DNA of 64,000 nt from assembly GCF_006345805.1 (NCBI RefSeq), contig NW_021832576.1, forward strand, positions 8,483-72,482, written 5' to 3'. Source of the stretch: Octopus sinensis (Eukaryota). The notes beneath the pieces are model-generated. The model ran no database searches and was not told the DNA's origin. It saw nothing but the letters and a program-made list of their open reading frames with translations. The position numbers and the translations under genes are program-made. Shown piece by piece: positions 36,314 to 50,119 of this stretch (the first letter of the stretch is position 1; every line of letters starts with the position of its first letter).

Positions 36314-36358
36314 CACCAGATCCCGTGATTTCGATCTTCCTTAATCTCATCAGTGTTT
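36314..36358 (-). ncRNA. hammerhead-like motif within a short fold-back (36300-36478)
   Basis: Reverse complement AAACA-CTGATGA-GATT-aaggaa-GATC-GAAA-TCacggGA-TC-TGGTG. A decayed inverted partner lies at ~36425-36465. Confidence 0.6.
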
Positions 36359-36769
36359 AACGCTCGACCGCTAGAGATAGTAGCGACTCATCTCTCCGCT
36401 AGCGATATGTTGAAAAATCAGTGCTATCAATGAGATGTTAGATCAAAATCTAGTGATCTGGTGGTCTCAGAGCTGGCGTTAGTGAGGAGTTACCTTCCTG
36501 CTGGTGATATAAAAAAAACAAGCACCAAAAGCCTATATGAGAGTCCCTGTCATGGTAAATACCGCAGTAAATGTTGTTTTAACAGAACACGCGCGCTTAA
36601 GTGGGAATATACATTACCTCTCGTTAGTACTACCGACTATATTAATGCCGCTAATATATATCTGTTACGGATAATTTCGAATGGAGAGGAAAAGGTCGTC
36701 CCAGCATCGGTCGAAATGCATTTGGCGATCTCACTGACAGCTGCCGGAATGAATTCTCGAATTCTCGTT

Positions 36770-37020
36770 TCCCTATGATGTTTAATGTTTGCTGAACCGC
36801 TAATTTACGGGGCTACCAGCATCGTTTGTCAAGCGGAGGTGGGGTGACAAACACAGAAACACACATACACACACACATACGCACATGCACACAGAGATAT
36901 ACACAATGGGCGTCTCTCAGTTACCGTTTACCAAATTTTTGGTACCACGTAGTGGGACTGAACCCGGAACCATGTGGTTGGGAAGCAAACGACGTCTCAC
37001 ATAGCCACGCCAACGCCCAA
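36770..37020 (-). mobile_element. degenerate SINE family B
   Basis: GTGGGACTGAACCCGGAACCATGTGGTTGG is the reverse-complement head. Internal (CA)n. Confidence 0.75.
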
Positions 37021-37419
37021 ACAATAAATTTAAAGACACGTAAAAGAGTAATAAATAAATAATAAATATGGAGTAACGAAATGCATTCTTTCTCAGCAAT
37101 TTTGTCACAAACATCATGTTGGGATATTACCTAAATAAGATAGAGCCCTTCCAACATGAATGGGTCAGCACAAATGATAGCGTATCAGTAAGATCGTAGC
37201 ACTAGTACCTAATCCTACAAGACACCTACGAACATTTAAAGCACATGAGTAATTTCAAGAAATAAGCTACACATTTCTGCTGTCGAGGTCATCCAACGAA
37301 GCCGCTATGTTATATTTAATAGTTCATATATCAGCAATCAGAAGTTCCACTCTTTACATGGCTTCCATTAGAAAACAATTAAAGTAAGTTATGTCACATA
37401 CACATTAATAATCCTTTGT

Positions 37420-37610
37420 ATTATAGGCACAAAGTCTGAAACGTTCGCGGGAAAGGCGCGAGTCGTTTAAATCGGCTCTACTGCTTAATTCACAATTATT
37501 TTATCGACCACGAAAGGATGAGAGACAAAGTCGACTCCAAAACTGAGAACATAAATTCTGATGACATCCCACTAAACATTTTTCTAGTGCTGTAACGATT
37601 CTGCGTTACA
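37420..37610 (-). mobile_element. degenerate SINE family A
   Basis: TTATCGACCACGAAAGGATGAGAGACAAAGTCGAC. Confidence 0.65.
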
Positions 37611-38229
37611 TCCATTTATTAATAAGATTCACCGCTTTATATCCACATATTAATAAGAATTACTTTGGAATCAAAAATAGTTAGAAGCGCATTAAATGTT
37701 TTAAATTTACATGACGTAGCTATATTATAATAATTCAATAACGAATCCTACATTATTAAGGATAAATCATTCTATTATTTTCTCTTAGCCTCTAGCTAAT
37801 AGCTTTTCGCAAAAGATTATAATGAATTGTAGAGGATACGATGTTGTTACGTTCTAATAAATTGAAGTTGATTTCTGATTGTGCACCACCAATTTTTGAA
37901 AGAGTTTTAAATATATAATTAATAATACGTGTTTCGATGTTTGTGTGTGGTAGTACATCTGTTACATTACATTTTAAAGTAGATTTATGATTATATAAAT
38001 TCACATTGTAATATTTTAAATATCAAAAATCTATCACTGTGTGTACGGTCTCAAAAACGCTTCAAGCTAAATGTGCTAATTAATATTGTTCTTTATTTAA
38101 TTGCTTATATTCTAATTAAACTTTTACTAAATACAATATTTAGCCTACCGGTTTTAGAAGTGTAATTTAATAGATTTTTCTGTTCAACTAATGATAGAGG
38201 TACCGAGATTTTACGTACGAACTCCTGTT

Positions 38230-39408
38230 ATAATCTAACATTGATATTCTGTATCATTCCTTAAACGCTGATTTTCTAAAGGCCATCATCTTCTCTGGTG
38301 ATGAAACAACCTTGATCTTCTTGGGAGCAGGGGAGGAGGGGTGTTTCCACAGCATGGATTGCTTCTTTCTCTCTGGCTCAAAGTGATGAAGCCATCACTT
38401 CTGGGTTAGGAAACTCTCAAGAAAACCAACTGGGTTTTCTTGAAACGATGTCAGATATTCCCGGGAAGTGATCAGCTTGGTACGCTTTTTACCAAGTGTC
38501 AGAAGACGTGGCACACACCGAGCAAATGCATTGTACAGAATATTCTCAACTCTCATGAGATATTCTAATAGTATTAGCTAATAGATGTATAGTCAATCGT
38601 CTGTTATCCATTACCATGTAGTGAACACGATCAGTGACTTGCTATGTGGTATACGTTCCATGCCTCAACACTTTAAGTCATCTTCAAACCTCTCCCTTAC
38701 CCTTCTTACATTCAGCTACCCAATTTTGTACTTTTCATAAAGCTGGAGCGTCATCACTTAATGTAGCCAGCATGTCTGCACAAATGCTCTTGGAGACGAA
38801 ACAGTTTTTTATTTCTGCGGGTACTTGATAACACCCGATGTTCAATTGTGTCAATTTTCAAGAGATCTTGAAATGTTTTTTTGAAAAGACAAGTTTATTT
38901 GGAACGAAACAATGTAATCTCTCTATATATAAAGCTGAAGTTGTCTGTGTATGGCAGGTTTGGTAGCCTTCAACTAACACTATCTTCTCCGAGACTCAGC
39001 GGCACAAGTTGTCCAAAATTGAAAGCATGATAGAAGAAGGCTTGCTCTCTTTTCCGTAGAGGAAAAAATTTCAAATCGGACCATATTGATACCAAAAATT
39101 ATTTACATCAAAAAGGTGCTTTTTTTCTATGAAAATCCCTATTTTTTTACGACTTTTTGACTGCTGTGTCGCCATTTTTCGGTGTATTTCAACCAGAAAA
39201 ATGTTTACTTAAAGAGAGTAACAAGCTACACAATGCAGAGTTTTTACTTTTCAAAAATTCCAATTCTAAAGGGTCGAAACAAACCCGAGCAACGCCGGGC
39301 TATACTGCTAGTTATGAATAAAAAGCGTTGAAATTAATGCTTGCAAGATTTCAGTTCTAGTAGCCCTCCTTCATAGTCAGGATATGAACTTCCCAGCACA
39401 TCCTCATG
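38230..39408 (-). mobile_element. highly degenerate mariner element, interrupted by a Helitron
   Basis: Minus strand gives DMLATLSDDAPAL..VQNWVAE and VPRLLT remnants. A decayed TIR-like GAGGATGTGCTGGGAAGTTC lies near 39400. The left end is uncertain. Confidence 0.65.
38918..39311 (+). mobile_element. non-autonomous Helitron
   Basis: 5' TCTCTCTATATATAAAG, subterminal hairpin CCCGAGCAACGCCGGG, 3' CTAG, inserted between A and T with no TSD. Confidence 0.85.
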
Positions 39409-39411
39409 TAT

Positions 39412-39448
<37 letters not shown>

Positions 39449-40609
39449 GGGTCGGGCATCAAACATAAATGCAAAGACATACGCACATATACTTGCACAC
39501 ATACATACATACATACATACATACATACATGCATACATACATACATACATACATACATACATACATGCATTCATGCATGCATGGGTTAGCTAGCGGTTAT
39601 TGAAGAAAATAATTCCCAAGAAGAGAAGGAACTGCGCAGTGAGACTGAACCTGAAGTAACGAAGATGCAAAACGAGCTACTTAACCACTCAGTCACACAT
39701 TTAGATTTTGTATATCAACTAATATACTTCCGATTCGTTTAGGTGTTCTCTTGTGTGCGAGCGAATTGCATTTTAGCAACATGGACCTCTGGAGTTCTTA
39801 TATGAAAACATGGAAATCTTTCGTATTGTTGCTTAATGGATTTTGGATTTACACGTGCTTATTTTTACTTTCAGTTTGAATTTGTGTCTAATTTTCTTCC
39901 TCAAACTCGATCTACGTTTTTGTAATGCAGCTTAAGGATTCTGGCGTTTCATGCTAATGCTATTTACATTTTTCTTTACGAAACAATAGTTCCTAAAGTT
40001 TATCAGCAAGCCACTGATATTGAATTGAACTACATCATGTGAATACAATAAAGATTCAATAAATACATCTTTTCATATTAATGGAAACACCATTACCTTT
40101 GTCACAATTCGTTATTTCTCAATTTTTATGATATACGTATGATATACGTCAGTTAACAAAAGAAATCGATTTTTAAATAATTACAGTAATTTTATATTTA
40201 AACAAGTATTTTTAATAATTTGTATAAATTATCCGGGTGCAGTCACTCTGACATATGACATACATGAATGAAAATTTTCTCACCGAAATTTTACTTACCC
40301 TAAAGCTGATTATTCGTTAAACACCTGACGATTAGTCACGAAGATATATCTAATCAGAACAAAACAATACAGAATCATATTATTAAAGCCTTTAAAAAAA
40401 TCACTCACCCATTGTTGTCTGTCTATATTTTCCTCTCACATTTTTCGTCACAGTAACCTTGCGGCGCTCTCAGTGCGAACACATTTTCGAATGATTTAAG
40501 TATCACTAACTTCTTTTCTGCTATTATGATTCATCTCGATGCTAGGCGTGCCGGCTTTTAAATCGGTGTTATATATTCATTGTGTCCTACAAGTGTTTGC
40601 ATGTGTACG

Positions 40610-40661
<52 letters not shown>

Positions 40662-40729
40662 CATATAAAAGAGTGTGTGTGTTTGTATGTGTATACATAT
40701 ATATGCATCATGATAGATTGTTAGTCACT

Positions 40730-40888
40730 ACACACATTTTTTTCTCTCCTTGTTTTTTCTGTGTCCCTTTCTGTAGAAGAGCGTAGGCTCGAAACGTAAA
40801 ATAATTTTTCTATTCCTGAGCGTTATACTAATACATCTGTTTGTTTTGTACACCACCTGTCTTTGTCTTTTGTTTTTTTCGTAAACTC

Positions 40889-40890
<2 letters not shown>
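40730..40890 (+). mobile_element. short non-coding insertion next to (CT)n(TA)n with a variant hammerhead-like motif
   Basis: CTGTAGAA-GAGC-gtag-GCTC-GAAA-CG-TA at 40771-40798. The core deviates from CUGANGA. Confidence 0.4.
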
Positions 40891-40946
<56 letters not shown>

Positions 40947-40951
40947 CATAC

Positions 40952-41032
<81 letters not shown>

Positions 41033-41805
41033 CATATACTAATATACGTACACACACATTAACCCTTTTACATTTTCATTTTATTTAAGCAACCAGCAAA
41101 ACTTACATTTTTCAGTTTGAAAACAGCTATTTGAAGCATGAATTTCATACCAGAGTCACAAACTGAAAACATTATTATTAAAATAAAAACTATCCTACAA
41201 AAAGTCCTCAACTTCACGTTTATTCGCTTTGAGCAGTTAAAAATGCTGGCTAATCTCAGTGAGAGTAGAAAAACTCCGGTTTGTTTATTTTATTAGATTC
41301 AGTAGCTCTTTCCATGGGTAAAGCCACATGTATGTATAGAGACAGCATGTTGTCGGTAGTGAAGAAAAATAATAAACAAATTATTAAGGAGAACAGAGAT
41401 TTATATATCCAGTTTTATATATCAAGGTACAAAAATGAAAGACATATAAAAGGGGCTCCCCTGTCCAGTTTCGCTGTATGGACGACCGCTTTTGTAGATG
41501 CATTCATTAAACCTGTCCTTGACAAAATAATTGCGATGAAAGAGGTTGTTCGTCACAGAGACATGTATACCATTTAACGGCATCCTCGTAGTAAGCAATA
41601 GAGCCTGTATGGCACAGGCTCAACACTGGCGATTCGTGTTCGTCCAATGTGTTCCTACACAATTTCTGCGTATAGAGCATCCTTCTTTTTATAATTGATC
41701 CAAGTCTATGAAGATACGTGTCCAAGCTGACACGTAAATAACATTGGACTCGGGATGTTACGTTGGCGAAGCGGTGTCGTAAACTACTCAGCCATGCCGG
41801 CACCC

Positions 41806-41892
<87 letters not shown>

Positions 41893-41897
<5 letters not shown>

Positions 41898-42245
41898 AAA
41901 TTTAAAGGTCTGACCACTAAAAGTGGACGGTCAACATGCTAGATATAGACGTCAAAATCGCTATTTTCGACAAAGAATGTGTTCTCAAATAAATTTTTAT
42001 TTGAGAACACATTCTTTGACGTCTATATCTAGCATGTTGACTCTTGTCAATGAGATATACTTAAGAGAGGTAACTCTGAACGAAATTAATTAATATGTAG
42101 CTTTATATATATCTAGCATGTTGACCGTCCACTTTTAGTGGTCAGTCCTTTAAATTTTGTATGTAAAAATATTTTAACCTTCGGATCTTTTTAATATGCT
42201 AGGCCACTGGTTTTAATTGCTTAATATCAATTTCTACCCTTATTA

Positions 42246-42250
<5 letters not shown>
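41893..42250. mobile_element. nested fold-back element with 3' tail in (TA)n
   Basis: Outer arms 41893-41947 / 42108-42162. A perfect 23-bp inner stem spans 41971-42018. The tail ends ACCCTTATTAAATTT-(TA)n. Confidence 0.85.
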
Positions 42251-42331
<81 letters not shown>

Positions 42332-44375
42332 TATATATATATAATATATATATATATATGTATACTTTATAATTATAATTTCGGAATTAGATCGGTATAA
42401 AGAATATAGAGTTATATTTTACCCAACCATTATCTTCAGTGCATATGTGTGTGTGTGTGTTTGTTGCATGTATATGGGTGGATAAACGTTTGCATCACTC
42501 TCTCTCACTCTCGCACGCACACACATACATATATGCACTTTATTCTCGTAGTTAACAAATTCTATTGTTTTATATATTGTCCACAAATTGTTCGTGATAG
42601 ATAGCCTAGAGCACACACACACACACACACACAAATACATACAAGTTTACAAATGTCCATATGTATGTGCGGACACGTGTATATGTGTATCTGTGTATGT
42701 ATGTGTGCGTATACATACAAGCGATAATTCTTCACAGTTGCCGTCAAGTATAAATGATGTTTATGTGTCCATATACGCTATTTAATCATAGGTTTAACGC
42801 GACGTCAGATACAAAATTATTCTAGTTGCTGTGTGTAAAAGCTCGTAGGAATTCTTCATTGAACCAAGTGTTTTCTTATAGCTTTATGTTTCACATAAAT
42901 GACTTTCCAAACATTTTATTGATTTCAATATTTTTTAGCTTTTGCTCTTTACACAGAGTAGTCTGGACTGAGACGACTGTGTCTATATTCTTTTAACCAA
43001 ACTATTAATCAAATATATGATAGAAATTCTTGCAGTGTAAGGGAAATGTCTGTGAGGAAAAATACTTTATTTTAGCTGAATTGAAAACGAAATTAGCTTT
43101 TTCTCTTCTTCAAAATGCAATATTGCTTGTGTCTAATATTGAAAAATCGATAACACTTTTAAATTACAGGTATTCCACTTATCATGGTATTCTCTTAAAA
43201 CTGTTTCTATAGAATTATGTGTCCAAAAAAGAAATATATATGTAAATTTATTCAATTTTATATATTTAATTGAAAAACAAAAGGCAACAGAAAGGCATAA
43301 GTACGTTTTTACTTTCTTCGGGAAATATTTAAGTTCACCTTATCTAAAATTGAAAATTATGGCTTCTATATAGCAAAGGAACTGGAAAACTGGAACAGTG
43401 TTGATATAACTAACCTATTTCTTTGATACTGCGCTTAATTCGTCGACCGGTTTAATACCACTATTTGACGATTGGGTGCCTTCAGAAAAGGAAACCCCTC
43501 TGTTGTAAGCCTTAGGCTACAAGTATGGTGATATATTTTTACAACCGACCTGTAAATCATGGTTGAACAACAGCATATGATAGTCGCTGTTCATTGTCCA
43601 TAATTACTCCTTGATCAAAGCTAATCTTCGCCTATATAACATCGTCGTTAAGGCAAGGATAAAAACCAAAAAATATCCCTCATATCACAAATACAAACTT
43701 AAAAACATTGCCTGCATTCTGTAGTGTAGCACTTGGTACACTTACACCAGAAGACAAGCATTAGATGGTACACACTTGGTCCCACTATGCGCATGGTGCA
43801 CATGTCTGTTAGATGGGAATGGATCTGTGACCAAAACAACAGTAACAGCAACTAAGGAATTACTAACTAAATTATCTTCGTCGTCGCCTTCCTTGTTGTT
43901 GCCATCACCATTAGCATCGCCTACGTAGTGCTAATCATCATCATCATCATCATCATCATTGGTATCATTAACATCATCGTCATATGTGAGATTTTTTTGT
44001 CCACGGTAACTGCCTTTTACCAGTTGAAATATGTGACAAACATATTTCAACTAACCAAAATTCTGCTCATACCTAAAAACTGCTTTGCGCCAATGTTACG
44101 TTATTTACTTTGATCGGGCGATCTACAAGTGCAACTTGTTGACTGAATTATATATAAAGCTACATATTAATTAATTTCGTTCAGAGTTACCTCTCTTAAG
44201 TATATCTTATTGACAAGAGTCAAAAAATTCGAAACATCGATGACTGAGATACCTTATAGATGGCAACATGGAGCGAACTGGTTGTTTTAACACCGTTTTA
44301 CTATAAGAAAGATATTTCAGCTGACCTAAATATATATGAATATGTATGTATATAACAACGTATGTGTATAAACTA

Positions 44376-44433
<58 letters not shown>

Positions 44434-44442
<9 letters not shown>

Positions 44443-45167
44443 TTAATAAGGGTGAGAGAATTAGATACTAATTTAATAGTATATCTATTCAACACCAAGT
44501 GGCCCAGTGCTCCGAGAAACCTGGATTATTATAATATTTTGTAATATATTATAATATTTTATACAAAAATAAATATAAGAGAGTGGTCACTATATGGCTC
44601 ACTCTAGCACTAGTTAATCCAAAAGGTTTCAACTACAAAAATACATGTTTCCCATGAAAGTCAGTACGATTGTTAGCTCACACGAACGGGGCAAATAAAA
44701 AATAACAAAAATACAGATTATTTTGGGACAATTGTTTCGCTATTAATGAATTAAATGTAATTTTACTTACAAAAAAATCCACTTGTAGCTCCTCAGCCAA
44801 AACTATCTGGATGAAATCCACTCAATCACACGCCAGATTTTACCATAACGATAAATACACGTGTGGTTCAATTGATTACATCCGACGTTATAATTCAAAT
44901 GCCCCTACTAACAGCGCGCCAAACTTTCACGGGAACAAATACTACATTTAGAAGTAAATGTAGCATAATTATAATTAATTAATAAGGGTGAGAGAATTAG
45001 ATACTAATTTAATAGTATATCTATTCAACACCAAGTGGCCCAGTGCTCCGAGAAACCTGGATCATTATAATATTTTGTAATATATTATAATATTTTATAC
45101 AAAAATAAATATAAGAGAGTGGTCACTATATGGCTCACTCTAGCACTAGTTAATCCAAAAGGTTTCA
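44434..45167 (-). mobile_element. retrozyme-like non-autonomous element: 536-bp unit with 198-bp terminal direct repeats, in (TA)n
   Basis: 44434-44631 equals 44970-45167 (one mismatch seen). A hammerhead lies between the repeats, there is no ORF, and the flanks are (TA)n. Confidence 0.85.
44721..44802 (-). ncRNA. type I hammerhead ribozyme
   Basis: Reverse complement TTTTGG-CTGAGGA-GCTA-(long loop)-TAGC-GAAA-CAATTG-TC-CCAAAA. All core nucleotides are canonical and the triplet is GUC. Confidence 0.85.
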
Positions 45168-46264
45168 TATATATACTTATATATATGTATGTCTGTGTAT
45201 ACATAAATACATACAAACACATGTACACACGGGGGTATTTTTCCCTGTCACCTTCAATCAAATTTTATTAATTTTATTCAGACGGTATTGCCTGACACAA
45301 TAACCTGAGGCATGCTGGAAGAATACTTGCTCCATAGCAGTGTCCAACCTCGAGCTATACAGTCCAGACCACGCCTCTTGTTTCCATGCCGAATCCACTG
45401 ATGTTTCCTCTATAAACTTGGATTAATCACAAATATATTGCAAATGATATGCGATAACGTTAAGGAAATGACAGCATGTGTAATGTCTCCCAGTTATTAG
45501 AACACCATCGTTTTATCTTTTAGATATTTCACACAAAATGAGGTAAAGAGATGAATAAATAACATAGAGAGAGAGAGAGAGATAGGGAAATATATATATA
45601 TATAGATAGATTGAGAAAAAGAAAGCAGACAAGAGGAATAGAGAGAGGTTTCTGTCATTGGTATTGGTCTAAAAATAAAAAAGAAAGCTCTTGTAACACT
45701 TTAGTGATAAGGATTCAATGCATTCTTAGATGTTTATCAGTACACATTTAATCTATTTTAAATGTATACATTAACCTGACATCTAAAACAAAATCGATAA
45801 AATTTGATACGATAACACGAAATGGATAGAAAATTCATATTCTACATTTCGATATAAAACAATCTGGTAATGGATAAAGAAGCAGGAACGGATATGAATA
45901 TATAAAAATAATAGTAATAATAAATAAAACGGTGTCGAAATAGCTTTGCATATATTTCCACAATGGTATTCGGCATATTCTGAAGTGATTTGCATAACAA
46001 ATACAATATTTACAATAACGTGAAATTAACTATGACGCACAATTATAGGTTTTTAAAAAATATTTTTGTATTTTACCCATTGACTTAATTTGAAGGTTAT
46101 TCCAACAGGAGGAGAATATATGCGCAACCCTTTGCCCCGGTAGACATAGCAGATAAATCTTCTTTATCGTGTGTTTGGGAGGGTAAGACATTTAATAATC
46201 GAATCGTATTGTCCTAAGGAAATAAAATTCTTTAAAGATTCGTTTGCTGTTGAATATTAGAATC

Positions 46265-46600
46265 AACTTAACGATTTCTGAAATTAACGATGGAAAAGAA
46301 CATTGCAGTAAGAACGTACAGAGAGGTTAGTCATCGTTCCCAGATGCACTTCGAGTTCACCTGATGATGTGGTTGTAACTTATTTTAGGAGATCAGTAAA
46401 TTATTTTCTTCAGCTTAGCAGGGTCCACCCCAGAAGAGTTCCTGGTAGTAAGCGTGGAAGGAACCTTCTTATTACAAAGTTGGCGGATAGTCTGCCAGAA
46501 TACTCTTTCTGCTGATCTAAAGTCAAAACTGAGATTAATCCCTAATGTCCTCCCATGAGTAAACCTTGTACAGCTTTACTGCTGCGGCTGCGGCATTTCA
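46265..46600 (-). mobile_element. degenerate RTE-like LINE segment, duplicated at 50490-50761 and 47746-47803
   Basis: Colinear match to 50490-50761. The paralogous copy reads FWQIARQL on the minus strand. Confidence 0.55.
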
Positions 46601-48540
46601 CGTTGGACAATCGCCCTTGCTGTATTTCTTCCGATTCTTTGTGTTCTAAGTTCAAATCCTGCCGATGTGAATATTGCATTCCATACTTCCGATAATCGAT
46701 AAAATAAAATGTCGGTGAATTATTGTGGTCGATATAATCGACTAACTCACTCCCTCAAATTGATTTCTTTGACTTATATTGGAAGAGGTTATATGTACGA
46801 TTAGGCGAGGGGGTGAGGAGGCAGGAAATAAAACGGTATCGATAGCAAGACATACTGCATCCGATGCTGTGTATGATTAACAATGAAGCTGATTTGATTT
46901 GGGACAAAATCTTTGTAAGCTTACATAAGCTATCTAATCGAAACCTATACAATCAAAGCTCCAACCACCGCGATGCCAATCAGTGGTTCTCTTCATCCAC
47001 TACCCGATTGATCATCATTGGACTTAAGCAAAGCATGCTTTGTTTGGAGCATTTAGGGGTAGGCGACCAGCCTAACGATAATTTCTTCGGAGAATCATCG
47101 GCAAACGTGAAAAGGCTGAGGAACGTTATACTTTCCAAGTGCAAGAAATTTATTGTTGTTCGAGAAGTGCCATCTAGCATCGTTTACTATTAGCAATAAC
47201 AACAATATCGTTGCTTATTTTAGTTCATCCGAAGTTAATCCCGATCGAATAAAATCCAGAAGTCTATAACATCCTTGTGGGGAAATATCATGCATTTTAA
47301 GATAATCTAGGACTATGTCAGCGTAGATCTCCTTTCCTTATATAAAATGTTGGGTGAGGTGTGAAATAGGATATTTGGTGGTTGTTTCTAGCTGCCTGAC
47401 ATCTTTTAGTGTCGCTCTCGTTGACTAGTCGCTCAAAGATACAAATACTGTGCGTTTCCGTTACTTTCTATTCTTGAGTCCAATTAGGCTGCAGAGAATT
47501 CTATTACCCAAACATTTTATAGAAACATAAAATATTGATTAATTAAGTATTGATCTAATATGAGAATCGATGTTGTTACGGGTAGCACAAGGTTTAACAG
47601 CCAAACGTCATAGAAATCATGCACCACAGCCTTAAATGTGATAATACACATTGGACAGCAATACCAGAGATATAAAATATCTCAGAAAAAAATTGGGGAT
47701 TGTCATTGACAGAAAGCCTTTGATCATATGTCTGTATATCTGCTCACTTAACGATTTCTGAAATTACCGAAGGAGAAGAACACTGCAGTAAGCACGTACA
47801 GAGAAGCGGTCTGAGAACTTGAGTCTTCAGAATTACGACGTTGGACAATATATAACTCAGATGATAACGCACGAAGGGTTACTTCTTTCATTGAATTTTT
47901 AGCTTTCTTGTTCAAACGTCCATCCTTATTTTCACTACTTTTAAAGATTTATATATATCTACTAAACAACGTTCACGATCCTGTTCAACAGTGAAAGATA
48001 TCTTTATACGATGCATGCTTTCTCGAAATGCTTTATTGCAAATATATCACACCATGTAGAGAAGCCTCTATATATAACACGACGGATTTGTATAGATCAA
48101 GTGATATTATTTCTAACGCATGTGAATAGCTTTTTTTCTGTCTGTCTATCCATCTATCCATTTAGATTTGAACTGTATCTTTACAATGTCCACTCATCTG
48201 GATGTCAATTGTCTGTAAGTTTAAGACGATATACATTCGTATATGCACATTGTCGTGCGAAAAACTTCTTACTTTGTTTTCCAGCGAACATCCGCATTGA
48301 ATTCTGAAATTGCAATAACCTTCAATGGATATAATATTGAAAATGGCATACAATTCGACTGATAGAATTTTGAGAATAGCTTTCAGAGGAAATACGTGAT
48401 TTTCTACTTGATATGCAGAGAAATTCATTGCCTGTGATTATGAAATATGTGTGTGTCGAGCATACATCCGATCACATACAAATTCACACCGATGTACACA
48501 TAATGATACACATACACACGGACACACGCAAAGGCATATA

Positions 48541-48602
<62 letters not shown>

Positions 48603-49309
48603 GACGTCGTGATATTCGACTCGTCACATTTGACATAATTCAATTGTAAATTTGTTACATATATGCTGAGACTTACATGTAACTTAATGGAAGTGCTAAC
48701 GTTTCTGCAAGAACAAATCAATATTGATTTTTTTCTCATAGGATTTAAGTGATGCCTAACACCAAATCATTTAATGGAGAATCCGAGACTATCAGAGAAT
48801 AATGAGCAAAGACCTCATTCAAATGTGTGCAGTCGAATGGACACAATTAATGCGATCTTAGAGCGAAGGAGGGGTTTTAATCAGGGTGATGGATTAAACA
48901 TGCAACCACTAACAGATATATAATTATTAAAGATATTATTGTTAGAATTCCTCTACCACGGCTCTACAACCGGTATTGGTTTGTTTATAGCGTTGTAACA
49001 TAGTGGTTGGGCAAAAAAGGACAGATGCATAAGTATCAAAGTGACAAAACAGGTGTGGAGGTGTATTCGTTCGATTAATCATATCAAGGTGGTGTTCCGG
49101 TTTCGCCGCAGTCCAATTACTGAAACAATTAATGAATAAAGATGTTTTATTTTAATGAGAAAACCATACATATAAATTGAAATTCCTGCTGAGTTATAAT
49201 ATTTGCAAAGTAAGAATGTATTAAAACAACGAATGGAATAGGAGATACCTTTTTAATTCTTTGTTACTCATAATTAAGACATTCGTTGGTTGAATACGTG
49301 TGTGATTTA

Positions 49310-49521
49310 AGATGACGAGCTAGCAGAATCGTTAGCAAGCTGGGCTAAATGTTTAGTGGCAGTCCGTCCGCCTTCATGTTCTGAGTTCAAATCTGCCGAG
49401 GTCGGCTTTGCCTTTCGTCCGTTGGCGGTCGATAAAGTAATTTCGAGTTCAGCATTTAGTCGGTGCAATCGAGTTACTCCCTCCAGCGAAGTTACAGCTT
49501 TGTGCTTAAATTTGAAACCAA
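49310..49521 (+). mobile_element. tRNA-derived SINE family A
   Basis: GAGCTAGCAGAATCGTTAGC, GAGTTCAAATC, GCCGAGGTCGGCTTTGCCTTTC. Confidence 0.75.
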
Positions 49522-50119
49522 TGTATGCATGTATTTGTGCATTTGTATGTGTATCGTGTTATGTGTATGTGTGTGTAAGTATGTATGTACTGACTTTCGT
49601 TTGACACTTTTCAGGTAAGGCTTAAGGTTGAAGGGTTCAAGGGTTCGCCAGAAATTATAATTATTTTAAGGATCTAAGCTTCAAAATTGCAACCGGGGAT
49701 AATCATAAGAAACTCACCATTTCACTTGTATTTCTGAACATAAATAATTCCCTGGTCTTTCCTTCCGGAAAGCCCAGCTACTCAACCTATTACATATAGT
49801 AATCTCTAACCATCTACATGATATCTTTAAATGTATTGGCAAATAATGTTTCTTTATGCTCTCCTAAGATCTCTTCTAGCGAAGCTACACCACATAAGCA
49901 TTTATATGCTATAATTATGCATTAGTTTGTAAAAAATTCCCGTATAAGATGTGTAAAAGCACAGTATTACACATACATAGACGAAAACACGAAACACCAT
50001 ATGGGTTAATCCACAGTGTAACCACAAATGTTATATCCATAGAACTTAAATATATTTTACATTGTTATAAAATCATCTGATTACGCTAGATACATAGTTT
50101 TTCCTCATTTTTTTTCGAC

